Below are positions 11,365-24,300 of a DNA stretch of 64,000 nucleotides, in pieces. The position numbers were made by a program, and so were the translations under genes. The notes beneath the pieces are model-generated. The model was given only the letters and a program-made list of their open reading frames with translations. It did no database searches and had not been told where the DNA came from. Each line of letters starts with the position of its first letter. Positions within the stretch are counted from its first letter, which is position 1. The stretch comes from Trypanosoma brucei (Eukaryota), in NCBI GenBank assembly GCA_000002445.1, contig CP000068.1:480001-544000 (forward strand), in the 5' to 3' direction.

Positions 11365-14300
11365 CCCGTTCGACTTCTCCCCTCTTTCGTATTACACGTC
11401 ACGGTGCCTTGACTTACACGCGGGGGCTTCCTTCAGCGCCTTTTCTCCCTTTACAGGTAGTAACTGCCGTCACTGGTAAAAATATCCAACAGACGCCCAC
11501 GGTGTGAACTCATTGAGATACAAAGACGGAAAAGGAAAGCGATGTAAGGGGAGGTGGATGGTGGAAAACATGTAGAGAGTTCAGGAAGAAAAACGGACAC
11601 CTTCGAAGCAGTTAAAACAAAAAAAAAGGAGATGAAACAAAAAGAAAAAGCGTCACGTCCCCCCTTGCTACAGGCTTAGATAAATAAAATTTCAACTCAA
11701 TGTTCTTAGGGGAGCGTAAAAAATTATTATTATTTTTTTTTGCCAAATCTTGGCCAGGAAAAGAGTAGAGTTACTTTTGAGGGCAGCAGCGCAAACAATG
11801 TGGCCAAGAAAACGTGGAATACCTTGTTTCACACTTTATTCTCACCTCACTCTCTTCTTTCAATTAAAAAAAAAGTATGCGCGTACACCATTTTTGAGTG
11901 AGAACAAAAAAATCGCACGCCCTTTCCCCATTACTCTTGTATCCGCGCGAGAGCAAACGGGTGTTACCGAGTGGAAGTGAGAAAAGCAGCCGTCACAAAA
12001 AAGGAAGGAGGGGGAGGGGAAACGTACGCAGTAGAACAGATAAGAAAAGAAGAGAAATGGTGGAATAAGGATTGGGAAGGAGCCAGGCGCATGCGCGCGC
12101 ACACACACATACACGTGGTTGTGCACTTTCATACCCCTTTTCACGACCTTAAACGTGCATATCACACCATTCCTATCTCATCTTCCTGCTCTTGTGTATA
12201 CGGTTCCTTCAAAATGCATCAACTTAAGCGGTGCCTCCTTCTGTGACACTTCGTTTTATCACCGATGAGTGCACCCAAAAAGAAAAACAGGGAAGCGGCT
12301 GAAAACAACAAGGGGGGAAGGCGAGAGCAACGTGTAGTGGTAGCGCTTACAAAGTACACATGTGCGTAATGCAGGTGGAGACTCGTTCAGCACCGACGTC
12401 AACGCCATCATCCTGAACAGCGTGGTTCCAACTCCACACACGCGTCTGTAACTGCGTTGATATTTCTACGCCCCCTCAGATATTGCATCCCTTGGCACAC
12501 CACGTGGTCGTGAAGATAGAACATTTGGGCTTAGTTTCTTTTCTCTTCTCTTTGTCCCCTTCACAAACCACTTTGGGGCCGCTTTACACTTAAGGACGTT
12601 GCTCTTCTTTCCTTCCCTGTCGTTTTCCAATGACCTTTGCCACCTCCGTAAAGAAATCGGCACTGTTCTTAAGGTGCGCGAAAGTAAACAAACTGAAAGA
12701 TTTGTCACGCCACCATGAGCGTGGCCCAGCAGACCAGTGTTGTTAGTGGGATTGTTCAGCGTGCCATGTGGGAGGTGGGAAAAATATGTGTTCATTCGTG
12801 ATAATAATGGAGATCACCCAAGGAAGGAAGTGTGGTAGGAAGTGGAGATTAAAACGTAGTTTCGTCCGCACTTACCCTCATGGGCGCAGCGCAAAACTAC
12901 CTTACAACGGAGACGCAGATCCCACTTCTCTTTCTTTTCTCTTACTTTCTTTCCCTCTTTCGTTTTTCACATTATTCATCTTACCATTTCAATATACTGC
13001 GAGTGGAAGGGTGAGAAAATGAGGGGTCAAGAAACGAGGAAGAAAAGCAGAAAAAACGGGCCCACTGTTCAGTGGGCAAAGCCATAACTTGGGACGTCGC
13101 CCCACTGCCCCTCATCCATTTCATTCACAACCCCTACATAACGCCATGCACACACTGCCCATGACAGTCAGTTTTCACTTTGCTCTCCACAGCATCCAGC
13201 CGGTAGAACAGAATATATGCCCGCTTCGGCGACCGTAGTCCAAGTGTCCACTTCCCTATAGCGACAACTTCATCATGTTCTATTAAAACGTGCACCCACC
13301 AGGTGACAGCAGCACCATAAAGTGGAGAATGGGTCACTAGAGAAAAAGTGGTAAAAACAGTGACCCATTCCCACAACACACAGTGTTCCTCTTCCTATGG
13401 TTCTTTCACATTCATCAAATCGATTAATTTCCTATTTCCACCCTTTTCTTGCCCACCATCACCGCAGCTCCAGCGCGAATGTCGCCACATTAACAGCAAA
13501 CCCCCAAAATCAGCAGGATAAAAAAAAAAAAATGTGCCCACCCCCTCCAAGTACATTTTGCATTACTGTCCCTACTACCCCCAAGCACATCTCATGCATT
13601 TTTGGGTATTAACTCCTGCATGCAGAGCGCATTGGACATACACACACACACACACACAGACACACATATATATATATGGTTTTCCCGTGTGTATGTACGA
13701 TGAGGAGAGGACACCCTCAACCCTCCTGCACTTTGCTTTACCTCTAAAATGAGAAAAAGAATTGTTCTGAGCGCCGATTGGGGCTCCCTGTCGTTAATGA
13801 TCCTCGAAAAACTAATTACCCTTCCCAACTCCCTTTCTTACTCTCCCTCTCTGTTTGTTTTCAGGTGTAGAGTCACTCCAGATTCTTGTAGGTCGTAAAC
13901 AACCTTATGCGCACACACACGCATTCGCACAGCTCTACCTTGCAGTGATGGGACACCGAACCGCCGCGGTGAAAAACTTTCACAATAGAAAAGCAAAAAC
14001 AACCTACGTAGGAGGCCCCCCCCCCCAGCCATACCATCAGTGTTAAACAGGGTCTTTAAAAAAAAAAAAGCACACACACACACACACACAAACGAAAAAA
14101 GAAGAAAAGAAAAAAAGAAAATTAATGGGGATGAGTACCCAAAACAAGTTATTGTATTATTTTTTCTTCCTATTTCTACTTGAAGGGTGGCTTGCCGGTG
14201 ATAAAAATACAGGAAGCGGCTCTGCACATATGTGTCGTTCATCTTCCTTCAATAAAACGTTTTATTTTTATTTTTTTGCAGAAATGAGTGAAGAACACCC

Positions 14301-14454
14301 CCACCACCCCCGTCCCTTCACGCGATAAATACCATATGCATACACACGCATATATATATATATCATGGTAGCAGCAATCGCGAAGCGGCTAAAATGTATC
14401 GGCTGCCGCGTCGCTATTCTTTTGCCAAGGGCGTTTGAATCACACGTTCCATTG

Positions 14455-14958
14455 CTAGAAAACATAAAGGCCGTAGGGGTTGTGTCGGTACCTCATTGGA
14501 TTTTCCGTTGAGCAGCTTGCCGAGAATTCGCTACGGCACTTTGGGTGTGGGGGTTCTTTATCCGAGTCTGACGACTCAGTGATGGAATTGTACACTTGCT
14601 TGCTTCCCCCCTCACTCCCCTCACCTCCTTGGGTGGCATCTTTCTCTGCAGTCAGCTGAGACGGGAGAGAAATAAAAGTGGGTTGTCGTCGCATCGTGGG
14701 TGTGAGGACGAGGGATGGGCTGTCAGATGGCATCCCGCGGGTTGGCGTCTTCACGGGTAACGCAACGCCATCCAAACGTCGGAGACCGGTTTCTCGGAGA
14801 AGCTTCATATTCTGTTCTTCGGTATGCAGTTGGTGTTCACCGTGCGCGAACGCACAACGGTCCCCGTACGGACATTGCCCATCTCGCTGATAGTGTTCAC
14901 ACAGTGTCGTTCTGTACTTGGACGGTTTCACCTCCACGTGCTTGTTCTTCTTTGCCAT
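14455..14958 (-). CDS. ZC3H12: TIS11-like CCCH zinc-finger RNA-binding protein (ZC3H12-like)
   Basis: 167-aa ORF with ATG start. It has a single C-x8-C-x5-C-x3-H finger, CEHYQRDGQCPYGDRCAFAH, preceded by the KYRTTLC lead-in. From memory, the T. brucei chromosome-5 pair ZC3H12/ZC3H13 has this small-then-large tandem arrangement. Confidence 0.8.
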   Translation of the reverse strand: MAKKNKHVEVKPSKYRTTLCEHYQRDGQCPYGDRCAFAHGEHQLHTEEQNMKLLRETGLRRLDGVALPVKTPTRGMPSDSPSLVLTPTMRRQPTFISLPSQLTAEKDATQGGEGSEGGSKQVYNSITESSDSDKEPPHPKCRSEFSASCSTENPMRYRHNPYGLYVF

Positions 14959-16640
14959 TCGAGTAGAAGTGTCCTTTTCTGTAGTTTATGATCTCTTTTT
15001 GCCTTCCGTCCTGGGTACAAACGTTCTTTTGAGTGTTTTATCTTGAAACCTATAAACGATGCTTGTCTGCGAAGTAAGGGAAACGAAGATGATGAGGGAG
15101 CTAAATACAATGGAAATAGCTACTGTCACACCGCTATTCTACCGAATGAGGTCAGCGTCGTTATGATCTGGTTGGTGGGCTACAGAAAAGGATGTTATAG
15201 ATATATATTTTAAAAGGGTTAGCAAAAACCCACCGGAGTTCAACGGCGCGCACCAGCACCCCCCCCCCACAGGGTTTACACCAGTCACAACTTCGCCGCA
15301 CCCGGTACGAGCAGGGTGGTGGGGAATCAGTTGTTGAAGCACCGGTAGGAAGAAGCCGCATCGCACCTTGCTGTTTACGGCAAAAAACAAACAAACATGC
15401 AATCGACACCAAGACAAGCGGTGGCGATCCGCCCTTATCGTACACGGGAAGGTTCAGGAGGCAAGTTACGCGAGTTCGTATTCCTAAGAAAGTGACGGAA
15501 CCACGTCGTGAACCCCAGTTTTGATAGAATAACGTGTTTTGGTAGACGTGCCGTCAATAATTCTCTAACCAGCTTGAAAGTACAAAGACCTTCCATAACG
15601 CGACAAAACCAACGTTCCCTCTTCAGGACATATTAGTGCAGCAACTCCAGAGGAGGGATGAGCAGAAAATGAACAATTCTGAACACCGTAAGTACGTTAT
15701 CTCATTAACAAAAAAAATGTGGAAACATCAACCAACAGCACAGCTCCTTAAACATCTTATCAGGTAGGTGGTCAGCGCATACAGAGTAAACAGCACCCCA
15801 TTGTGCAAAAAAAAAAAAGGCAAACCTGTATACTTTTGACCCCTGGACACACCCTTCAACATCATCCCAGTCATCCACCACAGTAACGTGGCTGGAGCAA
15901 CTTCCTGCCAAGCGGTTTAAATCCAAAGTGAAAGATTCTCTCAAACCAAACTAGAAAAAAAAAGGACGCAGAAAAAAGATTCGCCCACTTAATGTACCGA
16001 AGAATGGGCCCTCTTGTTGCCCTGTTTACTCGTCGTCTTTCCCGTTTGATGTATTATGTCGCTGCTCACCGAAGAAAGAGACACTGGTTGTGTGCCCTTC
16101 TCATCTCGGTAGAACGTGAGAACCAAAAGCACAGAAAGATAAACAACACAAATTGATGACCACGGTTGAGACACCTGCAAAAATATTCGAAGCTAAAAGG
16201 AGATACAACACAAAACGAGTTGCCCTAGCAACTCATGTCGGTCTTTCAGGTTTAAATTATCAAAGTATTTACGCATATTATGACATAAAACGCATCGTGC
16301 ACAGTAACAACATCGACTAGGCACATCTGCAGGCAATATATGGTAGTTCCCCTGGAATGAAGTTTTGAACAGGGAGGATACCACGACGATCGCAAACTTC
16401 GTATAAGGGGGAGATAACTGCTTCAGCGGAATAAACGATGTACATATCAGTATGTGCGAAGCGGTGCTGCCCTTCCCCACACTTAATCAGAGCAAACGAA
16501 GGGGAAAATCAGAAACAGACAGTACCTGCAGCGCCCGCTCATCTGTATTGGTCACCGAAGCAATTGCAGGCGCATTGGGAAGTGTCACCACTCGGCACCA
16601 AACACCCTCCAAACCTTTAATAACTCACCGCACTTTCTAC

Positions 16641-18341
16641 TCACAGAGGGTACACGGGCACACATTTATCGGATTCTGCACATGACGACTGAAAGTAGTT
16701 AGCGACAACAGGGCGGGGTCGTTGAGCTGGTGGTATCGCACGATGTTGTTCACTTGGACACACAACCTGCGACGTGGCTTCACCAACTTTTCTCGCACCA
16801 CTTCCACCAGCTGCGGAGAAATCTTCCCCTCTTTCAACTGCTCTTGACGTCCATTCTTTGCCCGAGGATACTTCCGCTTGATCCCTTTGGATCTCACTGC
16901 CACCAAGTGCAGCATGTGCAAATATGTTCACATCACAGCCACGAAGGATACTAGTGAAGTCAACATTTCTGTTGTGCTCTTCAACGCTACCTCCTGCTCC
17001 CACACCACCATCACTCTGTTCAGAAGCTACTGGCCGATGAGATCCTCTATCAGCTCGAATTTCGTATAGCTGAGTCAGTCCTGCAGCGGTACATTGCCTA
17101 TAGATACTACCATTTTTCTCATCTCTTGGGTCAGTACCCGCATTCTTGTCCGCGAGAGACTCGCTGATGAGCCGTGAATCAAGTAGGGACCTAAAGTCGG
17201 ATATCTCCTTGGACTTTGTCGAAGGAGGTTCCTTCACTTTGGGGTTTCCGAATTCACCGACGTCGTAGCTGGAGGCATCGTTGTCCTTTCGAAGAGTCGA
17301 ACTCCCTATCCCTTCGGTACATGACGCACTGGACCACGTGGTAGGTTGGTGGGGCAGCGAAGTCTTCATTGATGTTTCGTACACACCCCCCAGGTGCGTA
17401 GACGGGTCCAAAGAAGGCAATACTTCTCCCGCACTTTGTGGAGTCAATCTATTTCCACTACTCCCGCTATTTACGGGAATATTGCCAACAGTATCAAATG
17501 CACGAAAGGCTAAATCCGTGGCACAGTTGGCATTTTCAACCTCCGTTGTCCTTGTTGTGACGAAAGAATTCACCATGTGACCATTAGAAATCCACGCTAC
17601 ACCATCACCAAACGCTGCCTCACTTGGTATTCCCACGCTTGGGATAAAAGGGCCAACATATGGTGGAGGAGCTCCCGGAAAGGGGAAAAGGAAAGCACCC
17701 GGGGCGAGTTGCACGAGTTGTCCTGAGGTGTCAGCCAAGTTCACAACACTAAGATAAACATTATTGCCGCTGGTAGGGTAATGTACACTCGTAGGTTGAA
17801 TTGTACTTTTGGCTTCGACACCCCTCGCTTTGTTTGTAAATACGCTCATATTCGCACGATTTTGCCTTGACAACTTACCTTTCGTTATTTTTGGCGGTGG
17901 TTTAACTCCCTTTAATTCAGTATCTTCCGTAAATGGCACGGTAGCCTCGGAGTTGCTCAGATGATGGGGTGATCCGACACTGCTTCCCCCTTTTGGAGAG
18001 AGAAGCTCAGCTTCATGCCATGAACAGTATGTTACTCTTCCACTAGCACCAGCCGTTGTCTCGTTTGCAGTGCTTTCCATTCCGCTCTCAAAACTGGCAC
18101 ACGGCAAGACAGACCTTTGCTCAGCATTACTACCTCCCTGGGCGCTTTCCACATTAGTGTCGCCACGTTCTCTGCTGTCTCGACTCTTTGGTCCTTCTTC
18201 CTCATGCCGCAACTCATCCTCCCCGTGCGCGAATGCACATCGATCACCAAACTGACACTCACCATTTTCCATGAAGTAGGTGCAAAGAGAAGTTTTGTAT
18301 TTTGACGCCTTCACGATATCATGTTTCCGGTTTCTCGCCAT
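16641..18341 (-). CDS. ZC3H13: TIS11-like CCCH zinc-finger protein with long S/T/P-rich tail (ZC3H13-like)
   Basis: The track ORF 16641-18401 begins at a TTG codon, not ATG. The first in-frame ATG gives MARNRKHDIVKASKYKTSLCTYFMENGECQFGDRCAFAH, which parallels the ZC3H12 N-terminus MAKKNKHVEVKPSKYRTTLCEHY... It has one CCCH finger and then about 500 aa of low-complexity S/T/G/P-rich sequence. Start moved to 18341 on that basis. Confidence 0.75.
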   Translation of the reverse strand: MARNRKHDIVKASKYKTSLCTYFMENGECQFGDRCAFAHGEDELRHEEEGPKSRDSRERGDTNVESAQGGSNAEQRSVLPCASFESGMESTANETTAGASGRVTYCSWHEAELLSPKGGSSVGSPHHLSNSEATVPFTEDTELKGVKPPPKITKGKLSRQNRANMSVFTNKARGVEAKSTIQPTSVHYPTSGNNVYLSVVNLADTSGQLVQLAPGAFLFPFPGAPPPYVGPFIPSVGIPSEAAFGDGVAWISNGHMVNSFVTTRTTEVENANCATDLAFRAFDTVGNIPVNSGSSGNRLTPQSAGEVLPSLDPSTHLGGVYETSMKTSLPHQPTTWSSASCTEGIGSSTLRKDNDASSYDVGEFGNPKVKEPPSTKSKEISDFRSLLDSRLISESLADKNAGTDPRDEKNGSIYRQCTAAGLTQLYEIRADRGSHRPVASEQSDGGVGAGGSVEEHNRNVDFTSILRGCDVNIFAHAALGGSEIQRDQAEVSSGKEWTSRAVERGEDFSAAGGSGARKVGEATSQVVCPSEQHRAIPPAQRPRPVVANYFQSSCAESDKCVPVYPL

Positions 18342-21300
18342 ATTACCGGCTATATAAGGGTCCCAGTATATATATATTTGACACCTCTCTACAGGCAACA
18401 ACTGTGGTTATATCCCTCCTATATTCGGACCTTCCAGTCGGCGACCTGTAGGAATTGCTATGGGAACGAAAAGCACTCCTAACCTCCAGAATCTCTTATG
18501 TGCTCTTTCTCGAGGAAAAAAAGAAATTACGAAAAAAAGCTCCAACGGCAGTAAGAAGGTAAGGCAGGGAACACAGTTGTATTCGGTACCCCAAATCGGT
18601 ACTACAAGAAACAAAGCCGATAATGTCATATGAAACAAACAACAAAAAGGGGAAAACATTTCAATAAGGGACAGCCTTCGGCTGCAGAGTTTTCCTTTCC
18701 CGTACTCACGTCTCAGTTGGTGTTTCAGTAAAAAAGGGTTCTTCCACATGCATGCGGATTACTACAGAGAGAACACAACCAGAAATCAATCACCACCGTT
18801 CAACGATGCATCTCAAACAATAAACATCAATGACCTGCTTTTCCCCGAGTGAGGGAATAGAATGAAGAGCAATTACATTTCAAACGACAAAATATCAATA
18901 GCAATTTAGAAATACTATAAGAGAACACATCACCGTACTATTTGAGCCGAAAGACATCAGGTGTGTATGACATCCCGTTTTAAGCAAGGAACAGACACTT
19001 AAAAAGTACTCAAAATTGTAAAGCAGCGATGCCGCCGTTACGTAAAGCAATATCACACGGGAAATACAAGGCTTCGCGTACCGAGGTAGTGGTTCAACAA
19101 CTGTACAAATACCGGTAAGATATCAAACAAGTTGACTGAGTATGCTGGAGGAAGTTACCAACTACACAACAAATACTTTGTTCTCAACCGTATACAAGAG
19201 TTTTTAAAAAGGATATGATCTAAGGTATTTCATGCATCTGCTTGCCATTTGAACAAATAATTAAAATGCACCCCGCGTTCTACAACGAGCGGCTAAATAA
19301 TAACAACAATAATACAACGATGATGAATTAAAGTAAAAAAAAAATGATGATCTACACGCAAACGCGGTTGACACCCCGCAGCGTAAAAAGAACAAACGAA
19401 CACTCAAAACTGTGAGGGTAGAAACAATGGAAGCAGTACGTCAATGAGTAAAACAAGCCCTTGCTTTGGGGGGAGGTAAATAATACGAAGCATCGAAATT
19501 CACGCTACTTTAAAGTAAATTCCTCTCGCGAACTTCAACCGTTAGTTTGAATTACACACACCACTGGATTAATTCCCTCTCTTCAGAGCCGTGTCAAATA
19601 CTTCCCATCCGAAACATCGGCAAACATGCAGGGATGACAGCGAATGCTTGTCACACCTCAATATATACAATCCATAAAACACAAGACAATACCAGGTTCT
19701 GTACACATCAGTCAGTTACGAAAGCCGTAACACGGTAATTGGTTAAATACAAACGTAAGCATGCGGATGTTAGTGCATGTATCCCGCCACAGCAAGGGGA
19801 TCCGGAAAAAGAAACACCAAAATGAAGCCAGCAACGTCTAAAAGTAGCGCAATCGATCAGACAGATGCGAAGACACACGATGCAGACATTTTTTTTAAAT
19901 GCAGCAGCAGTTCTCCACCGACAAATATTACAACGAAAACAGAATATTCCACGACACTAATCCCACTAAACGGAAAAAATGGGTCAGAACATCCACCAGC
20001 CGCACACTTATGTTAGAAAGCAACGCCACTCCATCCCGCACAAACATCCAATGCCCTCTCTGAAGGTTACAACTGCCCTGCATCTGCGTTGAAACAGACT
20101 AACAAAAAATAAAATAAAATAACCGCCTCTGCCTTCAAAGGGGGTGGGGGCTGCACTCGCCTGCGGCAGCTCTCTTAAAAAACGGCCGCGCTTACTGTTG
20201 TGCCTCCGCTGACGTTGACATTTGGCCAGAAGAGGTGAAGGGCTACTGCTCACAGAAGGAGACGCCGCACGAAAAGCTGCGAGGATAGCACACGGCCATG
20301 TACATGCCGGAGAGGGGCCGCGGCTTCAACTGGCATTGGTGCAAGTGCGCTCAACAATGGTGCGTAAAGTACTCACCGCGGTCCCATTAGCAGCCACCGG
20401 GGCGGTACATTTCAAGCCACAGGCTGCAGGTGGTGAGGTGCACCAATCCGCTTGCCGCGTCGCCACTTCCGCCGGTTATCAATACCAAGTGGTAATTAGG
20501 GCGGGGCCCCCGCAAGAAAAAAAAAACGAAACAGCCACCAAGGAGCAAACGGTTGAAAGGGGCAAAAAAAAAAAAATAACGGCAAAGAAGCGCGAGGCGC
20601 CCGCCGACCTAACGACATTGGCAGGGTTGCTTTAAACGGCACCGCCAAAGCGAGAAACAACACCCCCACTTGAAAGGGCCGCGCGGACGTCGACCGGGCT
20701 TCATTAGCGGTGGGAATCTCTGAAAACATCAGGCACGCAAATACCCGGGCGCGGCCTGCACACCATACCGGTTGTTCCTTGTTTCTGGAGGCTGTCGCGT
20801 GTCATCAAGACGGTACCTACTGTAGTGTGCCTTGTGGAACGTCCATCGATGACAGATACGGGCGAGAGTGGAGACGGTCCCTCATTTCTTGAGGAAAAGG
20901 CAACCCCCCCCCCCCAAAAAAAAAAATAATAATAATGAAAAATGCAGGTAATAGTATTCGCCGGCGCACCTCCCCTTTAATTTCGTTTGGAACGTTTCCT
21001 GCAAGATTAAGGAGGGGATTATGCGTCGCACACGGAAGGGCATGATAGAACTAACCCGAAGAAAAGTAACGACAACCTTCCTATTCGTGCTTTCTCACCG
21101 TTGGATAAAGGGTAATGGTCAAACGGGCAGAAGAACCGACTTCACGCTACAACAATGCTCGGTGGGGTGGGTGGTAGTCAACGCAGCCGCGTTGAAATTT
21201 GAAAAGAGAAGAGCGGTGAAATACAAACTTGAGAACAACCAAAACGATAAAACATGTAGATGTGAGCTTTTGCGGAAAACTCGCCTTGCCGGAAGAGATT

Positions 21301-24300
21301 GCTTCCTTCGTCGAGTCACAGACATCTGCGCAGTGCGGCGTACCGGACAATGGCGCCGCGGCTTGGCAGGTGGCCGCACAACTGGGTGCATCAGCTGAAA
21401 GTAAACGAAGCGTCGGAAATACACCGGAAAGGAGCCAGAGTGGCGACGGTATTAAGGGTAGAATTGCTGTCACCACGTCTACAGTAAAAACTTTGGATAG
21501 AGGCGATCGTTGTGGAAGCACCCGCCGAAACACGTTTCAAATAAATCTGCAACCGTGCTCCCAAGGGAAAAGGCAAAGAAAAAAAAAGGGAAGCAGCGAC
21601 GGAGGGGAGACGTTGAGAGGTTGCTCTTTTCTCAGGTACGCTAGCGGATGGAGTGTTTTTAAAAAATATTCGCCCGTTGTCCCAGTGGCAGAAAGAGGAG
21701 GGGAGGCATTTGGGGAAGTGGTCGTAGAATAGTTAACATGCACATAAAGAAAGGAATTGCCTAACAGAGTTTTCGTATTTTGGACAACAGAGGTTGCTGG
21801 GGGATCATGAGCGTGGGAGCCTTAAGCCTCCAGCGGTTCCCGGTCGTGAGCCCCTTCAAAAAGCAGCTGAGTAGCTGTTGAGTCTACAACGATAGATTTG
21901 AGAGAGAGATAGAGGAGGGTAATTAGCGGACCCAACTTATTCTGTGCCTGTGGCCCCGCAATTATAAGAGGGTTTCATTTCTTGACAGTTGAGGCTCTTG
22001 CTGCGGTAGACTGGTCTTGAGTTTTTTTTTCCAAGCACAGCCCAAACTGACAGGAGCGGCGACTGACTCAAACACCTTTATCAATTTTGCTACGATCGCA
22101 TCACTATTTCCGTCCCATGTCATTGTAGTATAAACTGGTAGTCGCTTCTTGCTCCATTCAAACGGTGGGGAATCTCTGAGGCAGCGGTCTCCTCCGCTTC
22201 TCAAGGCAGTTCACATGCATAACTTATCTTGCAGAGGTGCTGTTGTGGCTGGTGATGAGCAATTTGACATTCATTAATTGGTAAGTAGTTTAGAGGAGCT
22301 CAAAGGCGTTATTTGATACGGCAGTTGGTTGTTTTGTTTGGAAACAAATTGGGGTCATATTGGTTCTAACTGTCCGTAATAGGGCGGCTCGGACAATCCG
22401 AGGGAGTTTTTCCCCTTTCAATTACTATTCATCACGGGATTTTCAATAATTTTATTGTTCATACTTTTTTTCGTTTATTGTAATTTATCATGAAAATGCG
22501 TGTGCCAATAATTTTTTAAATTATAATTTCTATTTGTCATTTCGTTTTTTTCTCTAAATTTCTTTTTACAATGTTTTTTATTTTCATCGAGATGAAACTG
22601 GATTTTCGGTGTATGAGGTTTTAAATTGAATATTAGTGGGTTATTGTAGCTATTTGTTGAAGGAACATCTTGTTTATTTTACTCTGTTGTTTTATATTGA
22701 GGTCTCCCCTATGTTTTCACTGATGGTTGGGGTTTTGTGTGGATTATTCTCATTTCGTTTTTTCTTTTTGGCGCCACGACCGATCGCTGATGTGTCTGGT
22801 TATTCGATGTGCGTTAAAAAAATTTAAATGGTCGTGCGGACATTCTTTGGCAGTTGTGTGTCAATGGAGACGTGCACGTGAATCGCCACTTTGTTTCAAG
22901 TAGACATGTTTTAATTTTTTAAACCTAAACCTAGCTCTCTTGAAGCGTTGCACAGTCTGGTCGGTGAAGTTGCAGTTGGTGCAATTTTTTGCTCTGTGGG
23001 ATCAATGCTTGCTCTGCTTGTACATCCCGATATGTAGGCCCTGATATGGGTTCTAAATAATGTTGTTTGGGTAATTAATAGTGTTTGATGACGTGTTTGC
23101 TGGTGTTTTCATATCGAACCTACTTGTTGTTTGCAATGCCGTGTGACATATCTTCCCTTTCGTGGAGCATTTTTTTTTAAATAGAAAAAAGTTTCTTGTG
23201 GCGCTTTTTATCTTTTATATTTTAGGGAGATTAAAATTTGATTTTCAACCGTTAAAAAGTTCTTGTTATTTATTTTCTTTCCCACTTTACCTTGAGATTA
23301 ATGTTGTTGATGCTAGGTAGTTTATGTTCCGACGTAGTGATTAATTGTTTAGTTTGTATTGTATGCTTGTCCATAGTTCGTTTATTCTTACGGATGCCTT
23401 AGTGGTGCAGATACATGGGAGTCGTGCTGTGAATAGACAAAAAGAATAACTATATACTTTGAAGATTAACAGATTGCACCTCTCCGGGGGAGGGTATACC
23501 ATTTTTGTTGTTGATTTCACGTATTTTGCGGATTGACCAGTTTACCACTTCAGGCCCAGTAACAGTTGTTCTAAGATCATTGATGTACTTTTTATTTGGG
23601 TATCCTGTATATTTTTATCAAAAGGTTATTTTCTATTACACGCAAAGTTTCTCGTACCTGTAGAAATGCTCTTGGGTTAACTGCACTCTTTACTTACATT
23701 GTGCTAATGAGTGATATGGACGTATGTGTCCAGTTGAATATTATTTTTCTCGCGTATTATGTGTTTAATGTTTTTCAATTGCTCCCCTTTCCTCATCTCC
23801 GTCATTTGTCCTCTTATCTTTGCTAGACAATAATGGTAAATGCATCCGATAGTAAACAGCACTTGCCTAAAAAAAATTATACTTCATACGGTGCTATTAT
23901 TATTTGTAGGCAAGTGCTGTTTATCACTGTTATTATTATCATTAATGTTATCTTTTGTGAATCTTGTGGCTGGCTTTATCTTTTTTACTTTGTTGTTACT
24001 TTCCCCTATTCTGCTGTTACTGAAACATGTTTCGTCGACTATGTGATACACAATTTTGTTATAACGTATGTGTTTGAGTTAATAGATGTAGATAAAAGAT
24101 GCCACTCCATAATGCATTTTTATTGGTTCATTTCTCTTCCGGAGGAAGATGCTTCCATTTTTTTATTTTTTAGAAATTTAAATGGGTTTATTTAATTATG
24201 ATTGTGTACGGCACATTTTAAACCAGATTTCGCTCTGTTTTGTTAATGTACTTATGCCAAAATGCGGGGTATTTTGTTTTATAAAGTGTTAAATTTATTT

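Noticed and set aside
20222-21732. Cluster of overlapping 60-170-aa ORFs on both strands in the GC-rich block of the strand-switch region
   Set aside because: The frames overlap one another on both strands and none has a recognisable motif. The compositions are Arg/Ala/Gly-rich, as expected from random GC-rich DNA. I treated the region as non-coding or a possible ncRNA locus rather than protein genes.
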